From Hydrolagus colliei (lineage: Eukaryota): a stretch of DNA of 64,000 nucleotides. This document shows, in pieces, positions 23,791 to 36,592 of this stretch (positions are counted from its first letter, which is position 1; each line of letters opens with the position of its first letter). The notes beneath the pieces were generated by a model. It was not told where the DNA came from and ran no database searches. It saw nothing but the letters and a program-made list of their open reading frames with translations. The stretch is taken from contig CM068743.1 of NCBI GenBank assembly GCA_035084275.1, positions 117,304,001-117,368,000 of the forward strand. Direction: 5' to 3'. A program made the translations under genes and the position numbers.

Positions 23791-25082
23791 CAAGGCCGTA
23801 CGCAGGGGGGGTGCGACGGGTGCGTACGCACCCCCCCAAATTATAAAAGGTCCACATTTTCCGGGGTAGAGAATTGTATTTTTTATCAAATTTAAATACC
23901 AAGTAAATTTATTGAACATTTGTGTAACAATCAGTTCTTCAAAACTATGTATAAATTATAAACTCACATCTTTGAATGATTTAGTATTAATATAAAATTA
24001 TCGAGTCGCGCACCAGAATAGGCGTCTCCCCAAAACATACCGCGTCGATAGACCAGTCCATGACGCGGCGAGTCTGTGACTCGTGATTGGATAAACATAG
24101 GCGCCAAGACTCAAATCCTCGTTTGGAAATCATCCCGTAAACAGCCACAAGGGGCAGCACCAATTCTGGAGTTAAAATCATCTTTTCATCTGATCACCGT
24201 AGGTAAAAATTACTCAAGTTTTGAGAGGTGTGACTGTAATGCTAGCAAACAATGACAACATATTTACAAGCTTCTGAGAAATTAAAGCTTTTGAGAACCC
24301 AACAAAAAAGTTATATGTGTCTGGACGGGAATGCCTATCTTTAAAAAAAATACTCATGGACGTAGACCTAGGCTTTAGCGCCTATTCCACTAAAGATGTA
24401 TTCCTGTCATTAAAAATTGCTTTTAGAGACGTCCACTGGCATGCAAAAAACATATGACCGCAAAGATAAACACCTACAGCTACTTTATTTCACATTCAGT
24501 TTTGTACCCAGAGTGAAAAAACAACAATGTCGCACGAATTTGGCATAAAAATAGTTTCACCGTCATCTGATCGAGCGAACTCGGGCATTGACAACCACAC
24601 TTCTCCACTGATCCCTTCTCTCCATGCAGCCTGAACACTCCCGCCTGCCAATACCCCAATCGCGCTCCAGAGTATCGATGTAGGTTAGGGTCGGTCTACC
24701 TCGTGTTCTGTGAGCGTGCAATGGTTCCCATAGGATAGTAGCACTATGGACAGATTCCTCCCGGCTTCTCCAGCTATGTCCGCTAAACCTGAGACGCCTC
24801 TGCAGTAATGTCTGTGATAGGAGTGTGGTAGTGTACCATATAGCTCACTATTTGTCAGATGCTGTCGCCAGTAAACGTTCAGGGCGTCTCTTAGAAGCCT
24901 GGAATATACCTCATGAGTCACCTAATCTCCTGATCTTCTGAACCGATTAAATAAGACCTCAAACTGTGTAAAACGTCGGAGCCTCGAGGGGGCTTCGGCG
25001 GCAGCCCCCAAGCCCCCGGCCATTGTTGGTCCCATCACTAGCAATTCGCACCCCCCCAAAAAAAATCCTGCGTACGGCCCTG
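23791..25082. mobile_element. Non-autonomous TIR DNA transposon (hAT-like termini), 1292 bp
   Basis: 16-bp TIRs CAAGGCCGTACGCAGG (23791-23806) and CCTGCGTACGGCCCTG (25067-25082), 1 mismatch; subterminal CGCACCCCCCC motifs; flanking duplication AGTGC; CpG-rich. Confidence 0.85.
24563..24909 (-). mobile_element. RTE-clade LINE ORF C-terminal fragment carried inside the DNA transposon
   Basis: With one frameshift reads VYSRLLRDALNVYWRQHLTNSELYGTLP/LSQTLLQRRLRFSGHSWRSREE..LWEPLHAHRTRGRPTLTYIDTLERD..MERRDQWRSVV..RSIR*, the RL.F.GH..R / RGRP / W pattern of RTE C-termini. Confidence 0.8.
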
Positions 25083-25113
25083 AGTGCTCTAACCACTGAG
25101 CTACAGGAGCTCC

Positions 25114-25335
25114 ATTTGAAAAGAGAAGGGAGTTTCTCCTGGTGTCCTGGCCAACAATCACTCAAATAAACATAGACACTGGCTTCATGGCTGTTTGCTG
25201 CTGTTCCAAATTGGCTTTTGTGTTTGCCCACAAAATATACGCAGTCCCATTGCTTTACAGAATTTTCTGTGAAGTGCTTTGAGACATCCTGATAATGTGA
25301 TAAGGCGCAATATCAAATATAAGGATTATTATTAT
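25114..25335 (+). mobile_element. Deu-domain SINE 3' half
   Basis: GGTGTCCTGGCCAAC, AAATTGGC core and (TTA)n tail. Confidence 0.7.
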
Positions 25336-28300
25336 ACTATTATTAAATATCAAATGTAAGGATTAGGATTTTTAAATTATCATCCTTTCCTCTCTTCTCA
25401 GATCTTCCCTCAACTCTGAAGTAACTTGACTCTTTCATATTAAGTGAAAATATCTCTAACGGGGTAAATTCTTGTTATCTTGTTTGACGCCCCCATTTAA
25501 TAATGCTCAACCAACCACCTTCAACTTGTGTCTCTTGTCTGCAAAGGGTCCCAATAATAATTGATGAACCACTCGTGTGTGAAGCAATGGATGGTAAGAC
25601 AGTAGTGGAACACGCATATATTTGTTCAGCATCTCGCAACCAATACTAAATGCACCATAGGGAAACACTATACAGATGTGAGCCTCGCCATTTCATCACT
25701 TTGTGCATAAAGTATCAGCAATTCATGTATAATTAATTTTCCACCAGGACCAGTTAAGTAGCCTCAGCAGTGATTTTGAAGAAAATCTGCATAATCTCTG
25801 AAAATACTTTTTTTTAATACAAAATATTTTGGTACCTGCTTATAGTCTGTAACAAGAAAATAACAATACAGAAAATCTGATGCAGCTGAAGCCTATTTGC
25901 TCTTACAGTATTACTTCTGCAGGTCTGATACGACTGTTCAACTTAACATTAAATTTTGGGTGTACAAGCAGCATTTTTCTCAATTGTTCAGTCAGATCAG
26001 TAAATGGTGGACATCCACTTTTTCTTGGATGGTCTGTTGAAGAACTGCACTGAATAGGGGTGAAGGGCACTTTGCTTGTTTTTGTCTCAAGAATAACAAG
26101 GTTTTAAAATAGGTTAAATTTACATCTTATATGATGTGTTTATTTCATGGTTTGAAGATCCTGGACATGCAATGCAGGGATTTCCTATAGCCACTTTGTG
26201 AAGACCAGGACCAAACAGTTAGTTGTATCCATCGTAAAGAAGGAAGCAACTACAGCTACACTGACCTGTTACTAAGCTTTTAATTCAACAGTTTTGATTT
26301 TTAGGATCAAGTTTACAATGCATGTTTCTTTCCTTCCTTTGGCGCAGAAAACCACATCAGCAATGTAATTCTCAATCTTAAACATTCCTCTTCCCCCAAC
26401 ATATTATTGTCAGTTGAAAACTATGGGATGCTTGACTTGCCAATGGTGGTGGCCTAACTCAGGTGATAGAACTCTTGCCTCTGAGTCAAAGGATTGTGGG
26501 TTTAAGTCCCACATTGGGGATTTTGAGGCCAAGGTCTATGATGACACCCTAATCCAGTGCTACAGTGTGTATTGTCAGATATGCTGTCAATCAGACAAAC
26601 TGTTAAATGTTAAACCTGTTCTGGAGGATGTCAAAAAGCTGCTTAAGTGACGGATGCTATAAAAATGCAAGCTGTTGTATCCAATCCTGGGTAGCACACC
26701 TCTAACACTTTACTTTCTAAATCAATATTTTCAGCATCATAAATTAAACTATGATTCCACTCAGACCTGACTTAATCCAATTTGTGTCCAATTTTGACCT
26801 TAGCAAAATGTAATTCCCATTGTCAGCCTAGGCTAATTCTGACAGATTTATCCACATACAGTACATATATATGATATACCAAGAGACTTAATGTGCCCGA
26901 AAGTCCACCTTGTTTGAACCTATGAGAACATTTTGTCTTAAAATTTAAAATGAAGCAGAATTGTGAAAATTATTCATTGTAATATGGTGAAATATGAAAG
27001 TTGTAAAGGTGGAGATCAATGGTTAATTTGCACCAAAACCTAAAGCCTCATTAATGAAGGCTCATAAAATTGTAAGTGTGGGAATGCGGAATGACACGAT
27101 CTTTGGAATAATAATAGCACATCAATTAGGTAAGTGTCCCTCTGTGCAAAACATGTGTGAAACCCTTCTTAATAACAGTTACTCAAAGGAGCTTTTTCAG
27201 AGCTATGTTATGGCAAGCTACACCATGATCCATCACCTCTAATTAAAAGCAGTAATGTTGCTGGATGGCTGAAACACAGGAAGTTTCATGCCAAACAGCC
27301 CTCCTTATAGTGTTGCTCATCAGTGCCCTCCAGCATCAGTTCACCAATGCAGAAACATATTGTATCAACGTTAATAATTCCAAGGATGGTAATGACTGCT
27401 CCTGTAACATAGAATGACATGACTCGAGAAAAATCAGCCCAACTAGTCAATGCTGGTTTTAAAGAGCCAAACCTGTTATTATGTACAAACCTAATGATAT
27501 GGACAGGTTTTAAGGGCTTATTTCCATGCACTTTCTGGACCATTCTTTTGTTATCCCGGCAGTTATTCATGAACAGAAACATTCAGTAATACTGTACCAC
27601 AATTTTTCACACCAGCATATTAAATTGATTGCTTTCAGAAGAACCCTTTCTCTCTTACTCTCCTTGGTGGGAATATAAGTGGGGTCTATTTGGAGCTGAG
27701 CCTGATCCAAGGGAGTGTGTCTGACAATGGAACATTAGAATTGAGTTAATCCTTTGTAGCAGTCAAATATTTCATTGTTCTGCTGATGATAATCCAACCA
27801 CCCTTGTTCATCGGCAGGACTTGGAGGGTGCAGACTAGTCACTGGATCAGGGATACCACCCACTCAGCGACTGTAAACCAAACTAACAGGTAGAGTTGCC
27901 CAAGTTGGACAACTAGAGAGAAGCTTATGAGACAATGTTCTCTGTAGAGAGCAATGAAGTTTCAACTAGTTACATTTCAATTCGACCTCAATTTCATGAC
28001 TCTCACCAACCTGCATCTAACACACACTCTGGAATTTGGTAAGCAGCGTGAGTGTGCACTTTCCATTCCACAGACATAGAGAAATGTCAATGTGTTGGTG
28101 GCATACATATGTGAAACTCCCGGTTTGGAAGCTCTAAAACATGGTGATGAGTTTCTGCATGAGTCAGATACCCAGCTGAACAAAATAAAAAGTCCCTCTC
28201 TCACTCTTCCACTCTGCCTTCCTTTCGAGTATCATGCACTAATTTATCTTGCGCTAAATTTGACAATTTAATATTTATCTTATTAACATGATAGAAATGC

Positions 28301-29224
28301 ACAGAAATGCCCATTTGTTACATTGCTCACTTAGTGCGCCACCTACTGTCAGCCAATGTGTAAGCATGGGGAAACATTTGCACTGAGCATTGAAAGTTAA
28401 ACTGGTGCACTTCAGTCAGGGACAGTCTCCATAACTAGTTGGCTGGCAGTTGGGGCAAAATCATGACTTCCTACATATAATATCCCAGGAACATTTAATC
28501 CCAATGTGTAAATATGTCAGTTACACTGTAAGGGCTACTGGAAAGATCAAGAAGCAAATAATAACTCTTCTAACTATGTAAGTATAAAATGGAATCACAA
28601 GTTTCAGACATATGTTCTCGTATTTATCACAACTATGGATGCTGGTTCCATTCAAATCTTCAAGGCTGATGTGGATCCAGGGCAGGTGTTTGGAGTTGAG
28701 GTACAGATTAGCCATTATCTAATAGAATGGCGTAACAGGCTTGAGGAGCTGAATGGCCTAATCCTGTTTCTAGATTCTTATAAATTTGGTGACTGACTCC
28801 TCACTGCTATACCATATAGTGTTGTTATGAGACACATCCTGGAATTCCTCTATTTACTTTGATGAAGACTTTACTTTGAGAGTTCACCACCTCACTTGCT
28901 CTCTGTGACCACATTTACTTTCCACCCCAGGCGAGCATTGTAGAAAAATTGCCATTTCAAGGACAAAATTACTCAACCTAGTGGTATTTGTTGAATATTT
29001 CTGAATTAACACAAGGCATGTTAAAAAAGAGCGCAAATTCCAAACATTTATTTCCAATGTTGACTGCAATAAATAATACTGGCACAGAAAGGAAGCTCAT
29101 ACAAAAGGATGAAATCATTCTATACTTAAAGATAATGAAACTCCAGTTTCATCATTAAACAGTCAATTTGTTTAAGTGACAATCAGATAAATGGCTTTGA
29201 ACTATAATTTGGTAAACCTACACG

Positions 29225-30085
29225 GACAATGTGGCTCTCACTTCTCCTCAAGTTGAATGCCAACAAAACAGAGGCCCTGCTGTTTGGCTCCCATCAGCGC
29301 TTTCTCCCCTCAGAAGCTGACAGCATCACTAAGTATGCATATGCATCGGATGGGTGCAACAACAACAACAACAACGATTTATATAGCGCCCTCCACACCG
29401 GACGGCGTCTCAGAGCACTTCACAATAGCGGATCCTGGGACCGAGCCAGGGGCAGGGGTAGAAAGGTGACCAAAGGCACGGTGCTCTCTTCACTTCACCG
29501 TGTGAAGACGTATGAATGGTTCATGATACGGATGTGGGGTTAAAAGGAGATTGGCACCAAGGTTCTGTACTGGTAACAGCACAGAACCTTGGTGCCAATC
29601 TCCTTTTAATCCCACATCCGTATCATGAACCATTCTGCCATCTCCCATTTCTGTAACAATGACCATCCACGCCACTTCTTCTCCCTTTAGGCTGCTGAGA
29701 CCCTTATCCATGCTTTCATTACAACCAGGCTTGAAAATGCCAACTTCTGGCTGGCTGGACTTCCTAAATCTTCACTCTCCAAAATGTAGATTGTACTGCA
29801 TTCTGCAGCTTGTGTTCTCTCCTGTGCCAAGCTCCAATCACCCCCTTCCTTGCTCAGCTTCACTTGACTCCCCAAGTTGAAAATCCTCTTTATTTAAGGT
29901 CTTCACAGTCTTGCTCCTGCCTATATCTGCGACCTATTAAAATTGACGTAGCCTATTCCTCCGCTCGCTGGTCTCTTGCCTGCTCTATGTTTCCTGCGAT
30001 GCCTACCACCATCAGCAGTCAGGCCTTATACTTCTGCCCCCACCCTCTGGAACTTCATCCCTCCACCTCTCCGCCTCCGCCTTGA
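29225..30085 (+). mobile_element. Old L2 LINE fragment interrupted by a younger reverse-strand L2 3' end (29357-~29482) and an inverted duplication
   Basis: LKLNANKTEALLFGS, LIHAFITTRL and APTLWN motifs; (AAC)n tail at 29357. Confidence 0.75.
29514..29635. repeat. Near-perfect 55-bp inverted repeat with 12-nt spacer
   Basis: Arms 29514-29568 and 29581-29635 differ at one position. Confidence 0.95.
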
Positions 30086-30557
30086 CTTTCAGCTTAATAT
30101 CGATTCAACGTACATCAGCCATTCAACTCCATTTAAAGTCACATTCAACTATGTACAGTGACTTGCAACTCAATTTTTATTGACATTTGACAGCAAGTTC
30201 AGTCCAATGTATAAGGGCCAGACCCAGAAGCATTGCAGAGGAAAGTGATGAAGATGATCCACCGTGTTAGAGAAATAATAAACTCAGGCTCTTAGTCAGA
30301 GGAGACAGGGATCCTTATACAGGTAGACAAGATTTTAAAGAGAAATGAAACCCCAGAATGATACTTTCAGATGGATTTTTGAATGGTGGAGCTGGTAACA
30401 TTGTTGAGGAGTGCTTTGGACTAATCCAAGACAATTTACAGATCAGGATTATAGGATTACAACAACAACACCAAAATAATTCTTATATAGTGCCTTTCGC
30501 ATCGGGAGAATGTCCCAAAGCGCTGAACAGTCAGGTCTGGGGATTACCTGGGGAATA

Positions 30558-30900
30558 GTAATAATTCTTGCATGTAACATGGCACTTTATCATGTTGTTG
30601 AGGGGTCTCAAAGTGTTTCACAGAATATATTGTAAAGTGAATTGACTGGGCAAAATCAGACAACCAATTACATACAGCAGTATCCCCAAAACAATTGCGG
30701 ATTGAGTGACCACATTTTTTGAGGGATTATTACCCCCAGAAAGCAATCTGCCAATCAACTAACAACTAGGTTCCTACTTACTGCTAAGTAAACTGAGGCA
30801 CGTGGAGTAAAGAAACTTGCCTAAGGTTTTACCCTCCCTGGGAATCAAAACTGTGGCCACTTGCTTGCCAAGCAAACAAGTTAACCACTAAGCTGCATGT
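30558..30900 (-). mobile_element. tRNA-headed Deu-domain SINE
   Basis: Reverse complement of the 845-1140 family including a degenerate head. Confidence 0.75.
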
Positions 30901-31279
30901 GCCAATCTATTAGATTGAAGTTTTTAAGTGTCGTGTAATGCAAAAAAATGCTACATTTTAAATATTAAATCTTCTGCGCTATCTGGATTTAAATAAAAGT
31001 CTAATAAAATATGAATCACACTGTCTGGCTTTTGTTTCAGAATCCAATTCTTGGTGTAATCACACAATGGCCAGCAGAGGGGGGTGTAGCCTTTTAAATG
31101 GAGTTTTCCTGGTATGGTCTGGTTGATACTGCAGACTCTTCCAAGGTCAATGATAATTCTGGTTTGTGCCGCCCACCTAATGTGGGTTCACTAGAGCCAA
31201 ACTGACATGGAACTTGTGACGTGATACAAGGAAGGCCTGTGAAAACAGGTGGGAGAAAGCATGGTCGAAGACATAAAAT

Positions 31280-31662
31280 GATAATAATAATAATAATACT
31301 CATATTTGGTATATCACAACCTTTCATGTTAGAAGGATGTCTCACAATGCTTTACATGATATGCTAAAAAGTGCAGTGGCTATTTGTGTTTTATGGACAA
31401 ATGGGTAATCAATTTGCCGCAGCAAGTAAATTACCAATTTTATTTGGGGGATTGTTGGCCAGGACACTGCGAGAAACTCCCCTCTCTTTTCAATGAATGT
31501 CATTGGATCTCTGAAGGACAGCACCTACAAAAATGCAGCATAATGCCACAGTGCATTGGAGTGTCAGTTTAGACGTTATGAGTTCCAGGACTTGATGTGG
31601 GGCTTGAGTCTATCACCTTCTGACTCAGAGGAGAGAGTGCTACCAATTGAGCAAGGCTGACA
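31280..31662 (-). mobile_element. Older Deu-domain SINE (SacSINE1-like)
   Basis: Head on +: CTTCTGACTCAGAGGAGAGAGTGCTACCAATTGAGC; central TTGGCCAGGACAC; (TAA)n tail. Confidence 0.7.
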
Positions 31663-32744
31663 TATGTCTTAACAACAACAACAACAACTTTGATTTATAT
31701 AGCGCCCTCCAAGCCGGACGGCATCAGAGCGCTTTTTAACGCACATTTTGAAAGTGGAAAGGGAGGAGGCGAGGCGAATGGGCACTGGATGGAGTCCCTA
31801 AGAGCAGGGACAAGATGGCTGGAAACAGACTACAATGATTTGTTCTGGTCTTTCGCAATCTAATGGATATAGTTATTATCAAGTTATTAAAATAGACTAT
31901 AATATCACATTTCCATAATAACTAAAGCCGATTAAGAATTACATTTTCAGCGTCTGTGATGAGACTGAATGTGAACATTGGGGGTGATATACTTTTTTTT
32001 TAATCAGTAGGAATAGGTTTTTAAAAAGAATAATATATTTTGTCTGCTTTTGTTAAGATTCACTGGAGTGTGTCCTTTTCACACAGATTTGTATTAAAGA
32101 AAGACTCACTGGTTCCATGGCACAGCCTTCATCAGGGAATGCTTATAAAGAAGCACATTCTGATCATCACCATAAACTAAGCTTGTCCAGCATGGGTATT
32201 AAGCTAATGTACACTTACAGCCAGAGTGTACATTTAACAGGAACACTCTTCAGGGGAATGTCCTTCAGGACCCTAAGTAAATATAATTTGTCATTGTAAT
32301 TTTTCACATGAAGTTTGGGTCAAAAACATTTCAATATCTTTGTTGGCCTTTATGTTTAATCGCAACAGTAAACTTTCATTTAGTTCCCTTCCCTCCAGAA
32401 TTACTTCATCAGGACCAGTAAAGATTTGCTTTCAGTTAAAAGCCCAGAAAAAATCATAACTTGGCTTCTGCCTGATATCCTGGCCCCGGGTTGAGTTGAG
32501 GGGATTCTGAGAGCATCAGCTTGTCTGAGTTAAGCGCAGCTAGAATCAGTCTCCAATAACACCAACAATGTAGGAGAGAATCTGTGCTTTAAAATTGCAT
32601 AAGGATGGGATGGTAAAAATCACAGTGACCAGCAACTTTAAGAAGGTCACAAATAGACAAATGTTACAGTACTTACCATAGCTGAGGATATACTGCCCCA
32701 TCTTTCTACAGAGCAGCATGTATTTACATTACATGATTCATCCC

Positions 32745-33160
32745 ACAAACCTTCCCCCCTTTCCAGTTTTCTCCCTCTTCTCTTGAAGAAGCTGACTCAT
32801 GCTAGGATGTTGTTCCGCGAGTGCTAGGCACCTTCTGGTACTTTACTCAAGTGTCTATTCTGTACGTGTGAGCCGAGACAGAGAGTGTTGGCAGGCTATG
32901 AGACTGTGGAGAGCAGCACAGCTGAGCCAGATCCTATCTGCAGCTAATGTGTACACACACGCACTTTCCAGCTGGTGGTCACTGGATCAGGAGAGGGACA
33001 CTTCACTGACTTTACACTTCAAGCCCAGCGGAGCTGAAGCCAATGGCAGTTCCCCTACCACCATCCGAGCCCAGATCATCTAACTCAGTATTAACTAGAG
33101 AGTGTAAATGGCACTTTTCCTGGTCTGCGTGACTCAGTTCCGCAGCTTTACAAAGTGAGC
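32745..33160 (-). mobile_element. Ancient SINE-like repeat common in chondrichthyan DNA (family B)
   Basis: Related fragments at ~22735-22820, 37080-37230 plus 38167-38275, and 40800-40870; family name not certain. Confidence 0.55.
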
Positions 33161-33504
33161 AGGGGAAGGTGGATAGAGCTGGATCCCAGTTTTTCCACTG
33201 ATGTTACAGTGGGTCACTGAAGTTCCACTGAAGTTTAACACATGTTTACTGATACATTTTAACATGTAGACTGGTGAAATCTCTGCTGCAAGGATTAATG
33301 GCTTGCTTTTGAGTGTCTGGGACGTAAATGTTTTGGTCTTTTCAAACCAAAAGCACTGCACACCGGCACTCCGCTTAGTGTGTTTGGGGCAACCCTCCTA
33401 CCCTCCCTGCCCTCTACTTTGTGTCCAAATTCCTGATTGTCCAGCGCCTTGGGACATCCTGCAAAAAGGAAAGGCACTATAAAAATGAAACTTGTTGTTA
33501 TTGC

Positions 33505-33808
33505 AACAATAATCATTTTTTAATATAGCACTTTTCACATCTTCTAGACATCTCAAATCACTTCACAGAATATAATGTAAAGTGAATTGACTGAATATTT
33601 GCGGGTGAAACGCGCAGTCAATTACAAACAACAGCGTCCCACAAAACAGTCGTGGATTGAAATGACTAATTTATTGGGGGATTTTCTTGAGGAATTATTA
33701 TCAGGCATGTGGAGTAAGGAAACTTGCCCAAGGTTTTGCCCTGCTGGTTACTGAACAAAGGTCTCTCACTTGCGAGGCAAGTGCTCTAACCACTGAGCTA
33801 CAGGACTG
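33505..33808 (-). mobile_element. tRNA-headed Deu-domain SINE, full length
   Basis: Head GTGCTCTAACCACTGAGCTACAGGAC on +, body matches the family. Confidence 0.85.
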
Positions 33809-34216
33809 TTTCCTGGTAAAAAGAATGTAATTTCTATCATTCCTCCATTCCTCTGTGTACCATCCAGAATGTACACAGAGGAACAGAGGAATCATAAATC
33901 ACTCATTTTCTCCAGAAGTTCTGTTTGAAATTATTTTCACAACAACTAAAATAATAATCCTTGGATTTCGAATAGCACCTTTCATGTCCCAAACTGCTTC
34001 AGAAAATATACTGTACAGTGTAATGACTGTCTGTGGTTTATGGATGAACACAACAGCTAATTTGAGTATGTCAATGTTCCACTATCACCTCTACCTTTAT
34101 TGGTGAGAGTGTACACCTACATTTTTGCCAATAAAGCATTGTGTCTTCCCCATTATTATTATTACTGTTTATTTCCAGTTAAGGATGATTATGCACTCGC
34201 TGGTAACAAAGCTGAT

Positions 34217-35592
34217 ACAACAACAACAACAAAAATTACATTTGTATAGCACCTTTCATGTCAGGAGGACGTTCCAAGGCCCTGGACAGTCATTGATTCA
34301 GACCCGAGCTGAGGACAGGGGTGGGAGGGGGAGGAGTTGCCGATGGGTCCATCAAAGAGGAGAGTCTTGAGGCGAGACTTGAAGGCGGCTAGGGAGGGGG
34401 GCGAGGCGGAGGGACTTCGAGATGGAGTTCCAGAGGTTGAGGGCAGAATGGCTGAAGGCTCGCCCACCAATGGTTGGGCAGGTGGGTTGGGGGACATGGA
34501 GCAGGCCAGAGCCTGCTGAACGGAGGGGGCAAGCAGGTTGGTAAGCATATAGGAGGTCATGGATGGAGGGTGGGGCGAGGTTGTGGAGGGCTTTAAATAT
34601 GAGGACCAGGATCTTGAACTGGATCCTCTGGATGATGGGGAGCCAATGGAGTTGGGCAAGGATAGGGGAGATGGGATCATGGAGTTTGGAATGTAGAGGA
34701 CACGGGTGGCAAAGTTCTGGATTATCTGCAGCTGTGAAGGGAGGAATTGGGGAGGCCGACCAGCAAGGCATTTGCATAATTGAGCCGGGATGTAATAAAG
34801 GCATGGATGAGTGTTTCAGTGCCTTTAGGGGTGTGATAATGGCAGAGACAGGAAATGTTGCGGAGGTAAAGCAGAGCGAGTTATTGCTTGGATGTGAGGG
34901 AGAAAAGACAGTTGAGGGTCAAACAGGACACCTAGGTTCCTGACTGGCTTGGTGAGGATGAGTATGTAACCATGGAGGTTGATGCAGCCAGCGCCTGACG
35001 CAAGAAGGTGCTGGCGCGAGCCAATCAGTAGGGCATCAGTCTTGTTGACATTCAATTGTATAAAGTTTGCTCTCATCCAGGACTTGATGTCTGACAGACA
35101 GTCTGTCAGGACAGTGGTAGTCCTGGAGTCGAGGGTAGAGGCAGAGAGATAGAGTTGCATGTCATCCATCATCCGCATGTCTGCGGATGATGTCACCAAG
35201 TGGGAACATATAGATGTTGAAGAGTAGGGGGTCAAGGACAGAGCCCTGGGAGATGCCACAGGCGACAATGCGGGTGCCGGAAGAGAAACCGTTGGTGATG
35301 ACAAAGTGTAGGCGATGAAAGGTAGGAGTCGAACCAGGCAAGGGCAGGTCCACAGAGATTGAGGAAGGAGGAAAGGCGGTGTAGGAGGATGGAATGGTCA
35401 ACAGTGTCGAAGGCAGTGGAGAGGTCGAGAAGGACAAGGAGGCAGAGAGAGCCCTGGTCACAGATGTTGAGAATGTCATTAGAGATTTTGACCAGGGCTG
35501 TCTCTGTGCTGTGGGCAGCACGGAAGCCAGATTCAGAGGGCTTGAGAAGAGAGTGGCAGGAGAGGAAGGAGCGAAGCTGGGATGCAACAACT
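34217..35592 (-). mobile_element. L2 LINE, 5'-truncated, RT region
   Basis: SGFRAAHSTETALVKISNDIL..LLVLLDLSTAFDTVDH, G.SQGSVL.PLLF, DD.QLY, LHWLPIIQRIQFKIL; (CAA)n tail on +. Confidence 0.95.
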
Positions 35593-35779
35593 CTTTCACT
35601 GCACAAATTTACTTTGTGTGGTATCCTTGTAACCAATAGACAGAGCAAACGTTCATCCCATTCAACTGATCTAGATTTGAATCCGATTTCCAGGGGTGAA
35701 AAATCAGCGTCTAACCCACTGTGTTCTACATTTACGTTTTAGCTAATTTTGACCAGACGGGATTGAGATTCACCTTGCA

Positions 35780-35993
35780 GATACTGGCAATTGTTGGCAG
35801 TGTCTAAAAATGCCTGGCACAAGTTGATAGTATCTGGCAGTAGATGGCAGAGGAACTGGCAGTGATAGCTGGCATAGGCTGGCTGTGACTGTCATGGGTT
35901 GGCAATGGCAGTGGCTGACATGGCCTGGCAATGATTGACATAGACCGGCAGTGACAGGCACGGTTGGCAATGGCAGTTATGGGTTGTCAGTGG
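35780..35993. repeat. Degenerate ~10-bp tandem repeat with TGGCA core
   Basis: TGGCA and near variants recur about every 10 bp. Confidence 0.7.
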
Positions 35994-36144
35994 AATCCTA
36001 TCCACATATATTTTTGCTTTATCTGTGACATGTTAACACTGGAAGAATTCATGGTTGTAATGGCAAGATCATTCAGAAAAAATTCTGCTGCTGAATACTG
36101 AGAAAAGCCATCACCAGTCTCTGTCACAAAAGATTGAATTATTT

Positions 36145-36592
36145 TACAACAACAACAAAATTACATTCAAAGAGCATCTTTCACATCGGGAGGATGTCCC
36201 AAGGCACTGAACAGTCAGGGGTTGGGACCCGAGCATGGGGGAAGGACAGGGTGGTGGGAGAGGGAGAGAGGTGGGCGGGTGGTATGGTCGAAAGGAGGAT
36301 CTTGAGACCAGCCTTGAAAGAGGCAAGGGAGGAAGCGAGGCAAAGGGATTGTGGGATGGAATTCTAGAGTGTGGGGGCGGAGGCTGAAAGCCTGGCCACC
36401 GGTGGTAGGGCGGGTCAGGTGAGGGACATGGAGCAGACCGAGCCCGCTGAATGGAGGGGGCAGGCAGGTTGGTAGGGAGTCAGCAGGTCAGAGATATGAA
36501 TGGCCTTGAAAGTGAGGACAAGGATCTTGAATTCGATCCTCTGGAGTTTGGGGAGCCAATGGAGCCGAGCAAGTGTGGGAGTAATGAGGTGA
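36145..36592 (-). mobile_element. L2 LINE 3' fragment
   Basis: Close to the 34217 and 57278 copies; (CAA)n tail. Confidence 0.85.

Larger units (their letters stand above)
23486..25113 (-). mobile_element. tRNA-headed SINE split by a DNA transposon (body 23486-23790, head 25083-25113)
   Basis: Removing 23791-25087 restores a contiguous reverse-strand head ...GTGAGTGCTCTAACCACTGAGCTACAGGA like the other copies. Confidence 0.85.

Noticed and set aside
23791-25082. Dada-type tRNA-targeting transposon
   Set aside because: The insertion is in a tRNA-derived head, but the element has ordinary CAGGG-type terminal inverted repeats and no transposase to support the call.
27286-27582. 98-aa minus-strand ORF
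   Set aside because: No recognisable domain or convincing exon boundaries; length is within chance range.
32677-32706. Possible minus-strand micro-exon (TAG acceptor, GTAAGT donor)
   Set aside because: About 29 nt, no homology to PDE1C that I recall, and adjacent to a SINE end.
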